A stretch of 64,000 bases of DNA from NCBI GenBank assembly GCA_963676915.2, contig CAXXVK010000001.1, forward strand, positions 66,328 to 130,327, written 5' to 3'. How positions within the stretch are numbered: position 1 is the stretch's first letter; each line of letters starts with the position of its first letter. Both the position numbers and the translations under genes were made by a program. Under the pieces are notes generated by a model. The model did no database searches. It was given only the letters and a program-made list of their open reading frames with translations, and was not told the origin of the DNA. The stretch comes from Myxococcota bacterium (GTDB lineage Bacteria; Myxococcota_A; SURF-8; G963663525). Shown in pieces: positions 1 through 9,953 of the stretch.

Positions 1-795
1 CTCGAACTTCAACTCAGGGCTGTTTTTACGAAAGGCCCAGGCAACGGTTTGTTCTTTGGGGAGGTCGAAAGCCACCCGAAGCGAATCGTTGTAGGATTGA
101 AACACGCTGACGAGGTTGTCGTCCGCAATGGTGAGGTCGTATTCTCCTGAGGCGACGGCTCCCATGATTTGCAGCGTATCCATGGTTTCGTCCACCGGAA
201 CGAGGTTCAGGTACGGGTGCTCTTTTTTCAACTCTGTGATGGTTTCCCAGTACGACGAGCTTTTCCGAACCGCAATGCTCCGGCCCCGCAGGTCGCTCAA
301 GGATTGGATATAGGTTTCGTCGACACGAACCACAACCTGCTCGTTCACGGCCCACAGCGGCACTGAAAAGTCTATGGATTTCTTGCGGTTTTCGGTGATC
401 GACAACCCGGCAACGATGATATCTCCCTTCCCTTGATTCAGGTACGGAATCATATCGGCGCGGCTATCGACAAACAACTCCACGGGAGTCAGTCCCTGTT
501 CTTTGATGAAACGCAGGGCCAGTTTCCGTTCGTGGCTCTGGGGGAGTCCCATGCGGGGAAGGTAGCTGAACTCCAGCTTTTTTGGCAGAATCAGGCGAAT
601 GGTTCCACGCTTTTGCATGGCGTCGAAGTCGCCTTTTTGGATAGCCCCCCATGGCGGAGTTTTCGACGCGTTTTCGTCGCCGGTGGTTTTTTCCCGGTTC
701 GAGGAGGAATTCGTGTTGTCTTTTTCATCGGAAAAGCAGGCCAATCCACCGATAAAACCCAACAAAACAAAGCATAGGACAAAATGGCGCAGCAT
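1..795 (-). CDS. Lipoprotein with family-3 substrate-binding domain, MltF-like (3' part outside window)
   Basis: Not in the ORF track because it is open at the edge. Hand translation from ATG 795 (RBS GGAGG): MLRHFVLCFVLLGFIGGLAC...GDFDAMQKRGTIRL...LNQGKGDIIVAGLSITENRKKSIDFS...DLRGRSIAVRKSSSY...VAWAFRKNSPEL, typical of SBP_bac_3/MltF N-terminal domains. Confidence 0.75.
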   Translation of the reverse strand, partial: MLRHFVLCFVLLGFIGGLACFSDEKDNTNSSSNREKTTGDENASKTPPWGAIQKGDFDAMQKRGTIRLILPKKLEFSYLPRMGLPQSHERKLALRFIKEQGLTPVELFVDSRADMIPYLNQGKGDIIVAGLSITENRKKSIDFSVPLWAVNEQVVVRVDETYIQSLSDLRGRSIAVRKSSSYWETITELKKEHPYLNLVPVDETMDTLQIMGAVASGEYDLTIADDNLVSVFQSYNDSLRVAFDLPKEQTVAWAFRKNSPELKFE

Positions 796-1122
796 GACAC
801 CTCCCGATCAAATCTGATTTTTTTGAACGAGCTCAGACGATGTAAAAACAACGAAATGAATTGTAATGGATGAGAAAAGGCTCATCGAAAACAACGTGAC
901 ATCCACGAGTATAGCCGATTTTAGGGGACGTATGCAAACAGGATGAAGACTCTATGGTTTTCAGCACGATTTCATGGGCCTTCCATTGCAACGGTTCCCA
1001 CGAGCATTTCCCTTCCTTCGCTTGACAATTTCCCAGCCCCGTGCCATGAATATCCTCTGCTATTTCAAAGAGATTGCGTATTTTCCGTGGACGGTGGAGA
1101 CATTTGTATTCAGGAGGACAAC

Positions 1123-2460
1123 ATGGCGTGGATTCGTCGATGGAGTTGGATGTTCGGTGTTCTCGCATGTCTGGGACTGTTCGGTTGCGGAAGCGACGAT
1201 AACGAAACGAATCCTTTAGATGGTGACACCGATCAGGTTGCGGAAATCGAAACGGATATGGAAGAAGAGGTGGTTAAAGAACCCTTGGATTTCGAACCCG
1301 CTGCGATCGATTCTGCACCCGATCCTTATGAACCCGGACCGTTTCCCGTGGGTGTCATGACCTTCGATTTCTACGACGAAAGCCGTCCCGATGATCTGCG
1401 CGATGGTCAAGGACGCTGGCTGCGGGTGGATGTCTGGTATCCCATCAAACAAGAATACAAAGACGGACCGTTCGAAAAGCTGGACCTGAAAAAGCAGGCC
1501 GAAGACATCGACCTGGGCGACAAACAGGACATCATCGCCAACGCCGATCTGCCCCTGATTCAGACCACATCGGTACGAGATGCCGACATCGATCCCACCC
1601 ACGGACCCTATCCGCTGATCCTTTTCAGCCACGGTTCCAACGGGATTCGCTGGCAGTCCGTGTTTTACACCGAGCATCTGGCCAGCCACGGCTATATCGT
1701 GATTTCACCCGACCACGATCACAACACCATCTGGGACATTATCCGCGACGGATTCCAGGGTGACAGCCTGATCAATTCGCTGACGAAACGCCCCGACGAC
1801 ATGAGCTACCTGCTCGACCGTGCGGTAGAGTGGAATCACGACGAAACCAGCGTTTTCTACGGAATGATCAACGAAGACAAAGTCGGTGTCTCCGGCCACT
1901 CGCTGGGCGGCATTACCTCCACGATCATGCCTTGCAAAGATCCTCGTTTCAAAGCCGCCGTGCTGCATTCACCGAGCATCTCCGCCGGGTACCTGTACGG
2001 ACTTTGCGACTCCGAAGAATTCCCCGTGCCGAGCATGACCATGGGCGGCACCCTGGACGATACACTTCCCTACTGCGGAATGTACTGTGATTACAGGAAT
2101 ATGCTGAATACGACGCAGCCGAAATACCTGTATGAACTCGAAGGTGGCGGACACTTCACCTTTTCCGATATCTGCCGCCTGGACCTGATTGCAGTCAGCC
2201 AGGAATTGGATATGGGGACCGATGCCCAGAACGCGCTTTCGGACGGTTGCGCGGACTACAACGCTCCGTACGAAGATGCACAACATACCATCAACTACTA
2301 CGCCACGGCGTTTTTCAACCTCTACCTTCGGGACTCGGAAGGCTCGGAGGACTATCTCGAAGACCGCAGCGACGCACCTTTCGACGTGGTGAATTTCTTC
2401 ACCGGCGAAGTACCGGACTACTGGGGTGAAGGCGGTTGCGACGCCTGCGAGGGAATTTAA
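1123..2460 (+). CDS. Lipoprotein alpha/beta hydrolase (PAF-acetylhydrolase/dienelactone hydrolase-like)
   Basis: RBS AGGAGG before ATG 1123; lipobox LFGC; YPLILFSHG, LASHGYIVISPDH, nucleophile GHSLGG, HFTFSD. Confidence 0.8.
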   Translation: MAWIRRWSWMFGVLACLGLFGCGSDDNETNPLDGDTDQVAEIETDMEEEVVKEPLDFEPAAIDSAPDPYEPGPFPVGVMTFDFYDESRPDDLRDGQGRWLRVDVWYPIKQEYKDGPFEKLDLKKQAEDIDLGDKQDIIANADLPLIQTTSVRDADIDPTHGPYPLILFSHGSNGIRWQSVFYTEHLASHGYIVISPDHDHNTIWDIIRDGFQGDSLINSLTKRPDDMSYLLDRAVEWNHDETSVFYGMINEDKVGVSGHSLGGITSTIMPCKDPRFKAAVLHSPSISAGYLYGLCDSEEFPVPSMTMGGTLDDTLPYCGMYCDYRNMLNTTQPKYLYELEGGGHFTFSDICRLDLIAVSQELDMGTDAQNALSDGCADYNAPYEDAQHTINYYATAFFNLYLRDSEGSEDYLEDRSDAPFDVVNFFTGEVPDYWGEGGCDACEGI

Positions 2461-2539
2461 AACGGTAATGCCTGGGTGCCATAGCCTCACGGACCGAAAG
2501 GTCCGGGAGACTGTGCAACCTATTGAAAACACAGGAAGT

Positions 2540-2567
2540 GTAGGTCGGGTGATATCACCCGACCTAC
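2540..2567. repeat. REP-like perfect palindrome (family A/B)
   Basis: GTAGGTCGGGTGATATCACCCGACCTAC. Confidence 0.75.
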
Positions 2568-2645
2568 TACATTTCATGCGGATGGAATCCCTGGGGCAAC
2601 CCCGCGTGAATTCTTGACAACCTATTGAACTTCAAAGGAAACACC

Positions 2646-3887
2646 ATGAGCACGTTAGCTCTCAAAGGGGGAACGCCCGTTCGAAGCGAATCGTTCAAAG
2701 CCTGGCCGACCTACGACGAAAACGAGAAGAAACAGCTTCTCGAAGTTTTGGAAAGCCACAATTGGGGCGGTTATCCCTACCCCAACACCAAAGCACTGGA
2801 ACTGGCCCGAAACTTCGCCGCCGCCCACGATGCGGAATACGGCGTCACCTGCGCCAACGGCACGGTTTCTCTGGAAATCGCGCTGAAAGCGGCGGGTATC
2901 GAAGCGGGGCAGGAAGTCATCGTACCGACTTACACCTGGCTGGCAACCGCCGGATGCGCGGTGGAAGTCAACGCGGTGCCGATTTTCGCGGACGTTCGTC
3001 CCGACAACTACACCCTCGATCCCGATCAGGTCGAAGCCCTGATCACCGACCGCACCTTTGCCGTGATTCCCGTGCACTTGGGGTCGTCCATCGCCGATCT
3101 CGACCGTCTGACGGAGATCTGCCGCAAGCACGGCCTGGTTCTCATCGAGGACTGTGCCCACATGCACGGCGGAAAATGGCGAGGCAAAGGCGTGGGAAGC
3201 TGGGGTGACTTCGGTTCGTTCTCCTTCCAGTCTTCGAAGCTGATGACGGCGGGCGAAGGCGGGATGATCACGACCTCGAACAAAGAGTATTTCCAGCGGG
3301 CGTCGAGTGTGACCAACTGCGGACGCAAAGAGTGGGGATACGATGACTTCGAGGGAGAGGAATTCGGCGGCAACTACCGCATGACGGACTTCCAATGCGG
3401 CGTCTTGCTGGCACAGCTCGAAAAGTTGGGTGATTTGACGACGTTGCGTGCTTCTCATGCCGGATTGCTGAGCGACCTGCTCGACGAAATCGACGGCATC
3501 ACGCCCATTCGTCCGGACGAGCGGGTCACGAGTTCGGCCCACTACCAATACATTTTCCAATACAATCCCGAGGGATTCAAAGGGCTGCACCGGGATCGCT
3601 TCTTGGAGGCAATGGCTGCCGAAGGTGTTGAAATCGATGGTGATTTCTACGAACCGATCCAGGCACGACCGATTTTCTCGCCTTCGATCAAGCGCTACCC
3701 CCTGTTGAAGGAACGCTATCCGCAAGGCATCGTTGCCGAAAGCGCCGAGACTCCCGTTGCCCACAAGGCGGCCTACGAAGAAGCCTGCTGGCTGCATTAC
3801 CCGGCCCTGATGGGAACCGAAGCCGACGTTCGTTCGGTGGCCGAAGCCATTCGCAAAATTCAGGACAACGTGGACGAGTTGCTCTGA
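2646..3887 (+). CDS. DegT/DnrJ/EryC1/StrS family PLP-dependent aminotransferase
   Basis: NGTVSLEIAL, IEDCAHMHG, SFSFQSSKLMTAGEGG (PLP Lys), NYRMTDFQ. Confidence 0.9.
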   Translation: MSTLALKGGTPVRSESFKAWPTYDENEKKQLLEVLESHNWGGYPYPNTKALELARNFAAAHDAEYGVTCANGTVSLEIALKAAGIEAGQEVIVPTYTWLATAGCAVEVNAVPIFADVRPDNYTLDPDQVEALITDRTFAVIPVHLGSSIADLDRLTEICRKHGLVLIEDCAHMHGGKWRGKGVGSWGDFGSFSFQSSKLMTAGEGGMITTSNKEYFQRASSVTNCGRKEWGYDDFEGEEFGGNYRMTDFQCGVLLAQLEKLGDLTTLRASHAGLLSDLLDEIDGITPIRPDERVTSSAHYQYIFQYNPEGFKGLHRDRFLEAMAAEGVEIDGDFYEPIQARPIFSPSIKRYPLLKERYPQGIVAESAETPVAHKAAYEEACWLHYPALMGTEADVRSVAEAIRKIQDNVDELL

Positions 3888-3906
3888 TTCAAGGATGCCG
3901 TAATCA

Positions 3907-3971
3907 GTAGGTCGGGCTAATTTTTAGCCCGACACCTTGGCATTGTCGGGCAAGAAATTTGCCCGACCTAC
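3907..3971. repeat. BIME-like inverted pair of GTAG-REPs (family A/B)
   Basis: GTAGGTCGGGCTAATTTTTAGCCCGACA-ccttggcat-TGTCGGGCAAGAAATTTGCCCGACCTAC. Confidence 0.8.
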
Positions 3972-3977
3972 CTTATA

Positions 3978-4055
3978 GATGGAGCAGGATTGTATCCTAC
4001 TCCTCACGTTTTAAATTGGGAAAAACCATGCGGACGGGGATGCAATCCCCGTCCA
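3978..4055. repeat. Second palindromic repeat family (family C)
   Basis: GATGGAGCAGGATTGTATCCTACTCC and GGACGGGGATGCAATCCCCGTCC; related copies at 9594 and 48369. Confidence 0.6.
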
Positions 4056-4116
4056 TTGGATAGGCTCTTAGTCATCTGTATTGGGATAGATTCCTTACCC
4101 GACGACTGAAAAATTA

Positions 4117-4149
4117 AACGCCTGCCGGGAGAAATTTCCGGCAGGCGTT
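4117..4149. terminator. Probable intrinsic terminator
   Basis: Hairpin AACGCCTGCCGG...CCGGCAGGCGTT with a U-rich tail on the minus strand, downstream of the 1029-aa gene. Confidence 0.6.
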
Positions 4150-4177
4150 CGTGTTTGAACCTTATCGATGATTGGGA

Positions 4178-7100
4178 TCAGTACAATCCCATTTCTTGAA
4201 TCACCCAACCCACCTGATCCGTGATGGGAATGGCCGGACCGTCTTCCGTGATGGTGCCGTTCATGTAACTGATCGAGTAGCGGGTTAGCTGTTTGCCGTC
4301 CACAACGTAGAGTTTGCTGTTGTATTCATCCACCCAGAATCTGTCTACGTTGCCGATGGGAAGAAATGAAATGTTTTCGCCCGTAACGATGTCGTAGGCC
4401 ATCAATGCACCCCAACTGACGAACAGCAACCACTGGTCGCGGTAGAGATCCACGCCCCGGTCCGCATAAACGATGTGCGAGCTTCCGAGCGTGTCGTAGC
4501 TGTAGTCGTTTTTGAGTTCTCCGAGACCTGCGTGAATTTCCAGAATTCCGTTCTCTTCGGGAACCAACTGTCCCTGGTCATCCTCGCCGCCGGCACAGGT
4601 CGCAAACAGGGTGAAGCTCGAACCGTTGTAGGTGAATTTTCGGCAATCCTTTTTTTCTTCCATCTTGACGATAGCGTTTTCGGACAACGCGCCGATCTCT
4701 TCGCCATCGGATTTGACGGGAATCATCAGAGCGGGACCGATCGTCGTTCCATCCGTGCTCATATACTCGGCAAGAATCCAGACTTTATGTGGAACTTCCA
4801 GCATTTGCAGCGGTTTGATGGTGAAATTATCGTCGGCGGCATCCGCGAGCGGATAGGTGGTCAAGTCCTGTCCGGTACGGTCGAACACATGAATTTCCGC
4901 CGATTGGCTCGTCACGGCCCAGTTCAGACCGTCTTCCAGCGGCAGGGTATCCACGAGGGTATCGCCAAGTCCCAGGGAAATCGACACCTGGGCCGCATGG
5001 CTACCCGCCGGGTTGTACCAGTGAATGGTATTGGTGCCCTGGTCGATGATCGTGGCCTGTCCCTCGTCGTTGAGGTTCATGCTGGGAACGATCTGGGTCG
5101 AAAGTCCATCGCTTGCCTGTATCACGTCTTTTTTCATATTCGCCGCATTCCAGTCCGAAATGTCGTACAGGCTGGCGTTTGTTGTATGGTCCGAAGAATT
5201 TTCCGTTACAAAGGTCAGGCCCTTGACCGCTTGTTCCTTCACGCAAGCAGGGACATCGTTATCAAGACACTCCATATCGGAGTTGGCGCATTTCTTCAGC
5301 AATTCCCACTCGTTGGCTTCGCAGACCTCCAGGTGACTGCCATTGCAGCGGCGCCAGCCGTCGTAGCATTCGAACTGGTCGTAGCGACCGATCTGGAAAA
5401 CGCGCCAGGGTTGGGACACCGTGCCCATGTCGCTGATGACGATCGGATTGCCGAACTGGGTGGCCTGGGACATCTGGTAATTGATGTAATAACGCTGAAT
5501 GGAATTTCCCTGGGCTACGTAGAGTTTGGAATCCACTTCATCCACCCAGAAAGCATCGATGGTCTGTTCTCCCATTTCAGCTTCCATCAATGTCAGTTGG
5601 GAGGCGTCCGTCAGATCGTAGGCATATACGCCTTCCGAGTTGGCGACGATCACCCACACCCCGCGATAGGAAAACACGCCCATTTCGGCATCGATCGTTC
5701 CGGCACCGGTCAGGGCGTCGGCGTCGATCGTTCGGGTAATCTGGTAGGTGTCCGGGTCGATTTCGAGCACGCCGTTTTCCGTCGATACAACCGCTCCGTC
5801 GGACATGGAACCCATGCACGCCGCATAGACTTTGTGCTGGCCGAGGTTGTAATTCAGGCGGCGGCAGTTCTTTTTATCCTGGGATTCTACCGTAGCCAGA
5901 CTCGATCCGTCTTCGAGTTTCCGCACGCTGACGGTCCCCGGTCCGGCGATGGTGGCATCCTGGTTGATACTCGGCAGCGGAATCCACATCGTCTCGCCAA
6001 CGGGCAGAATCTGGTTGGGACGCGAATAATATTCCTGGCCCGAGTCTCCGAAATTTACAACGTTGTGGATGTCGCCGTCCGGTTCGAAGCTGATGAGGTC
6101 GTTAGGATTGCTGCGAGTGGCCCAACTCAAGCCTTCGGCATTGTAAAGAACGTCCGTAATTTTATACTCGTAGCTTTGATGATAAACGACGATTTCCTTC
6201 TCGGGACGCATGGTGGAACCAAGTTCGGCGCGTGCCGGATTGTACAGCTTGAGGGTCTCCTGTTCACGGTCGAAAACCACCGCGTAACCCGCGTTGCTGA
6301 GGTTGGAACTGGCAACCAGATCGCCGGAAAGTCCTTCGTCGCCTCCGGGAGGTACCAAGCCGCTGTGGTCCTGGTCGCGGTAGACGTTGCCGGTGCTTAC
6401 TTCGAGCAGGCTGATACCGCGATGCTCCCCGCTGGAATCGCGGGTGATCAGCGTCAGACCCATGGGAACCACCGCCGGGACGCAGGCGTGAACGATTTTA
6501 TCGTTGCATTCGAGACCCTCGCCGCAGGTCGTCTGCAATTCCCATTCGTTGGAATGGCAGATTTCGATGCTGTTGTTTTTACACTTTAAGCTGTCTTCGG
6601 TGCAGGTGCAGGCGGCAATGTTTTCGCCGGTCAACGTGCAGGTGCGGTCATCGGCCAGACAGTTGGTTTCGGTTTCCCAGGTCTCGTTCGTGCATTTTTC
6701 CAGGATGTTCCCGGTACAACGCAAGTCGCCGTCTTCACAGAGTTTGATAATGGGAATGTATCCCACGAAACCGTACGAAAAATGACTGACTTCCAGCGTG
6801 GCAAGACCGTCTTGGAGCGTGGGAGTTTTTTCTTCGTACACCGTGGTTTCGCCCGCAACGGTCCACATCAGTTTGATGTCGGAGTCGGTCATATCGCCGG
6901 GAAGCGTGGAATCGTCGTAGGGAATCGTTATGGTGACCGGCGTTTCGAATTCCAACCCGTTGGGACCGAACTCGTAAATCGGGCTGAGTTTGGCATAGCG
7001 GGACGGCGGCTCCAGGTAGGTTTCCCGGACGGTGAAGGTCCGTACTTCGGTCAACGCTCCGGCGGGAATGTCCAGCACCGTGCCGTCTTCCAGTTCGATG

Positions 7101-7267
7101 CGGCCACCGTCGGGACCGATCTGGTTGGGACCGAGTTCTTCGCTTTCCTGCTCTTGGATAATTTCCGAATCTCCTTCCGTCGGGGCGTTGTTACCCCCAC
7201 TGTCGGAACATCCGAAAATCAGTACGAATGGCATCAGAAACCAAAGGATCGAACGAGCGGTTTTCAT
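4178..7267 (-). CDS. Large surface lipoprotein: ZU5-like domain, Cys-rich repeats and two related beta-propeller-like modules
   Basis: Lipobox IFGC; IGPDGGRIELEDGTVLDIPAGAL...YEFGPNGLEFETPVTITIPY...VSHFS (ZU5-like); CxDGxxRCxGxxLExC repeats; duplicated segments ENGVLEI/ENGILEI and FWVDEVDSKLYV/FWVDEYNSKLYV. Confidence 0.7.
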   Translation of the reverse strand: MKTARSILWFLMPFVLIFGCSDSGGNNAPTEGDSEIIQEQESEELGPNQIGPDGGRIELEDGTVLDIPAGALTEVRTFTVRETYLEPPSRYAKLSPIYEFGPNGLEFETPVTITIPYDDSTLPGDMTDSDIKLMWTVAGETTVYEEKTPTLQDGLATLEVSHFSYGFVGYIPIIKLCEDGDLRCTGNILEKCTNETWETETNCLADDRTCTLTGENIAACTCTEDSLKCKNNSIEICHSNEWELQTTCGEGLECNDKIVHACVPAVVPMGLTLITRDSSGEHRGISLLEVSTGNVYRDQDHSGLVPPGGDEGLSGDLVASSNLSNAGYAVVFDREQETLKLYNPARAELGSTMRPEKEIVVYHQSYEYKITDVLYNAEGLSWATRSNPNDLISFEPDGDIHNVVNFGDSGQEYYSRPNQILPVGETMWIPLPSINQDATIAGPGTVSVRKLEDGSSLATVESQDKKNCRRLNYNLGQHKVYAACMGSMSDGAVVSTENGVLEIDPDTYQITRTIDADALTGAGTIDAEMGVFSYRGVWVIVANSEGVYAYDLTDASQLTLMEAEMGEQTIDAFWVDEVDSKLYVAQGNSIQRYYINYQMSQATQFGNPIVISDMGTVSQPWRVFQIGRYDQFECYDGWRRCNGSHLEVCEANEWELLKKCANSDMECLDNDVPACVKEQAVKGLTFVTENSSDHTTNASLYDISDWNAANMKKDVIQASDGLSTQIVPSMNLNDEGQATIIDQGTNTIHWYNPAGSHAAQVSISLGLGDTLVDTLPLEDGLNWAVTSQSAEIHVFDRTGQDLTTYPLADAADDNFTIKPLQMLEVPHKVWILAEYMSTDGTTIGPALMIPVKSDGEEIGALSENAIVKMEEKKDCRKFTYNGSSFTLFATCAGGEDDQGQLVPEENGILEIHAGLGELKNDYSYDTLGSSHIVYADRGVDLYRDQWLLFVSWGALMAYDIVTGENISFLPIGNVDRFWVDEYNSKLYVVDGKQLTRYSISYMNGTITEDGPAIPITDQVGWVIQEMGLY

Positions 7268-7405
7268 GGTTCAGTCTCCCGAAAGTCAACAGGTTCGGCC
7301 AACGGTCGTAAAATCGTCGGCATGGGTCATATTTCCCGAATCTCAAGGCATGTACCACGGAATCCTAAGAAAGTCTAACCCATTTCCAACTCGCCCACCT
7401 GGTGG

Positions 7406-7607
7406 GGGTGCATCACAAAATAGTGCGACTTTCGTAAAATCCTCTTTTTTCGTAGCGGCGAGGCGTAAGCCCGCCGTTTTTGCCTTTTGAAAGTTGCTTT
7501 TATACCCCCAATCTCCCTTTTCGGCGGGCTTACGCCTCGCCGCTACAACCCAATGAATGAATGCTTCAATACTATTGGGCCAATTCGCTGCATTTTGTGA
7601 TGCACCC
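7406..7607. mobile_element. MITE copy 1 (~202 bp, more decayed)
   Basis: TIR GGTGCATCACAAAAT...ATTTTGTGATGCACC; near-identical to copies at 37410 and 42670; flanks only partly duplicated (CACCTGGTG/CGTCTGGTG). Confidence 0.85.
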
Positions 7608-7738
7608 CGTCTGGTGGGAAGAAACGATTTGAACAATGAATGGGGGATAAACCACGAACCCTATCGCCACCAAACCGGAAGACGAATTGAATTGGAAGAA
7701 ACGACGATAGAATGGCGAGTCTTCGATTTTGGGACTAC

Positions 7739-9355
7739 CTATCGATACAATGATTTCGCCGTTTGCACCAGTTCCAGAAATTCCTCACGATACCCGTGTT
7801 CGTCTGTACCAAGCGCTCCATTGGCGGTTTCGTAGATCGTTTGCAAAGAATCCGTGGGGGAGGAGGGCGGATTCCTCAAGACCAGACCGAAATCGGCTAC
7901 TGCGGCAGCGAATCGGAAATCGAGTGAAGCCGCCGTAAAGCTTTGCTCTGGCAGGGTAGTCCGTTCCTTGATCAACAAACTTTCGTCCCCATCCGGTTGT
8001 TTGTACCGCAGACGAATTTCCATGACGGACTCGCCGGACCAGTCGTCGATGGGCGTGAAGTCTTCGATGGTTTCACCTGTCCCCGTTTCCTCGCCGATTT
8101 CTTCTCCGACCGCCACGATTTGATAAAATGCCGTCACGGTGTGACCCGAGCCGATATCCCCGGCATCTTTGGTGTCGTCTTGGAAATCCGCGTAATTCAA
8201 AACCCGGTTTTCATACCCGATCAGGCGGTAGGCTTTGATTTTTTCCGGATTGAATTCCACCTGTATTTTCACATCCTTGGCAATAGTGTACAACGTGCCG
8301 CTGATCTGCGTTTCGAAGACTTTTTTCGCTTCTTCCATGGAGTCGATATATGCATAAGCACCATTGCCTTGATCGGCGATTTGTTCGATCAGGGCGTCAT
8401 TCAGATTTCCGGTGCCGAATCCCAGAACCGTCAAAAAGATCCCCAATTTCGCTTTTTCTTTCACCAGATCTATCAAGGCATCGTTGTCCGTGATGCCGAC
8501 GTTGAAATCTCCGTCCGTCGCCAGAATGACCCGATTGTTGCCATTTTGAATCAAGTTCTCGAAAGCGACTTGATACGCCAGTTGAATTCCTTCCCCACCG
8601 TTGGTGCTTCCACCCGACTGCAAGGAACTCAGTGCATCGAGGATTCGGCTTCGGTCGGCTCCAGGGGTCGAATCCAGAACCAGCCCGGAAGCTCCGGCAT
8701 AAACCACGATAGCGACCCGGTCGCTCTCTCCGAGCTGATTGACCAGCAATTTGAACGTCTTGACAAGTAGCGGCAACTTGTTGGATGCACTCATGGAACC
8801 GGACACATCGATAAGAAACACCAGATTACTCGGCGTTCGATCCTCGTCCACGATCTCTTTTCCTTTCAAACCGATGCGCATCAAGCGATGATTTTCGTTC
8901 CATAAGCATCTTGCCGTTTCGATATTAACTGAAAAGGGATGTTCATTTTGGGGCAAAGGATACGAATAATCGAAGTAATTGATCATTTCTTCCACACGAA
9001 CGGCATCTTTGTTGGGCAGTTGTCCACTTTTCAGAAAACGTCGAATGTTGGCATAGGAGGCGGTGTCCACATCGATCGAAAAGGTGGAAACCGGGGTTTC
9101 TTCTACGGATATGAACGGGTTAGCCTCGATTTCTTCGTATTGCTCTTCCGAACTACCTTCATACTCACCTGCCATCTCACCTGCCATTAAATCCGCGTCT
9201 CCATAACCGACACTACTGGCTTGATCGGTGGTGCTACCGCCGTTATCGATACCCGAATAGCTATTGTAGCCATCCTCCGTTGCCTGTGTGTCGCTGCATC
9301 CCAACAACAAAATCGATATCGCCAGCATAATCAAACACATGGATCGGTAATTCAT
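7739..9355 (-). CDS. YfbK-like VWA-domain lipoprotein
   Basis: Lipobox LLGC; STFSIDVDTASY, VRVEEMINYFDY, NLVFLIDVSGSM (MIDAS), LATDGDFNVG, IAKDVKIQVEFNP, YRLIGYENR. Confidence 0.9.
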   Translation of the reverse strand: MNYRSMCLIMLAISILLLGCSDTQATEDGYNSYSGIDNGGSTTDQASSVGYGDADLMAGEMAGEYEGSSEEQYEEIEANPFISVEETPVSTFSIDVDTASYANIRRFLKSGQLPNKDAVRVEEMINYFDYSYPLPQNEHPFSVNIETARCLWNENHRLMRIGLKGKEIVDEDRTPSNLVFLIDVSGSMSASNKLPLLVKTFKLLVNQLGESDRVAIVVYAGASGLVLDSTPGADRSRILDALSSLQSGGSTNGGEGIQLAYQVAFENLIQNGNNRVILATDGDFNVGITDNDALIDLVKEKAKLGIFLTVLGFGTGNLNDALIEQIADQGNGAYAYIDSMEEAKKVFETQISGTLYTIAKDVKIQVEFNPEKIKAYRLIGYENRVLNYADFQDDTKDAGDIGSGHTVTAFYQIVAVGEEIGEETGTGETIEDFTPIDDWSGESVMEIRLRYKQPDGDESLLIKERTTLPEQSFTAASLDFRFAAAVADFGLVLRNPPSSPTDSLQTIYETANGALGTDEHGYREEFLELVQTAKSLYR

Positions 9356-9593
9356 GGCATACCACCTTTCGAAATCGACTGTATATTCTTATAATAACCT
9401 TGGAGGATTTTAACCGAGATGTCAATCTGCTAATATTAATGTATTGGTTCTTTAACTCCGAAGACACGATCAAGAAAAACATAAGATTTCCCATCTCGTG
9501 CCAAATCACAACATTTTCCGGTTGTTAAAGCGAAACTTTCCGCTTCTTGAGACGCTTTTAACCCTACGATTAAAAACGTCGGAGTACCTGTCC

Positions 9594-9622
9594 GATGGAC
9601 GGGGATTGTATCCTGCTCCGTC
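9594..9622. repeat. Family C palindromic repeat
   Basis: GATGGACGGGGATTGTATCCTGCTCCGTC. Confidence 0.5.
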
Positions 9623-9953
9623 TGTACCGTCGACCGCCTGGGGAACGTCATCATCTTACCACGATATTTCCGATGAACAGTCGCTTGGCATGGATCATAC
9701 AAGGCTTTGTTTTCCATGGTTTGTTGTTTCGCTATATAATATGAGACGATACTTCCTTAGAATTTTCCTGTACTTTCATGCGTCTTCAACCCATCTTTTT
9801 GGCCTTTTATGCGCATAGTTCTTGCGAAATCGTACGAAACCGAGTAGGAATGGACCCTCGCGGCGGGACGCCGACCATTTTGGCGGTGATCCGGGGGCCG
9901 TACACATTCTCTTTTCCCAGGTTCGGTGAGCCTACCCTTATCGGAGGTAACAC

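Noticed and set aside
7343-7636. Repeated small ORFs containing GASQNxANWPN...LFCDAP (also 37378-37632 and 42541-43008)
   Set aside because: They are open frames running through the MITE; starts and stops differ between copies and come from flanking DNA
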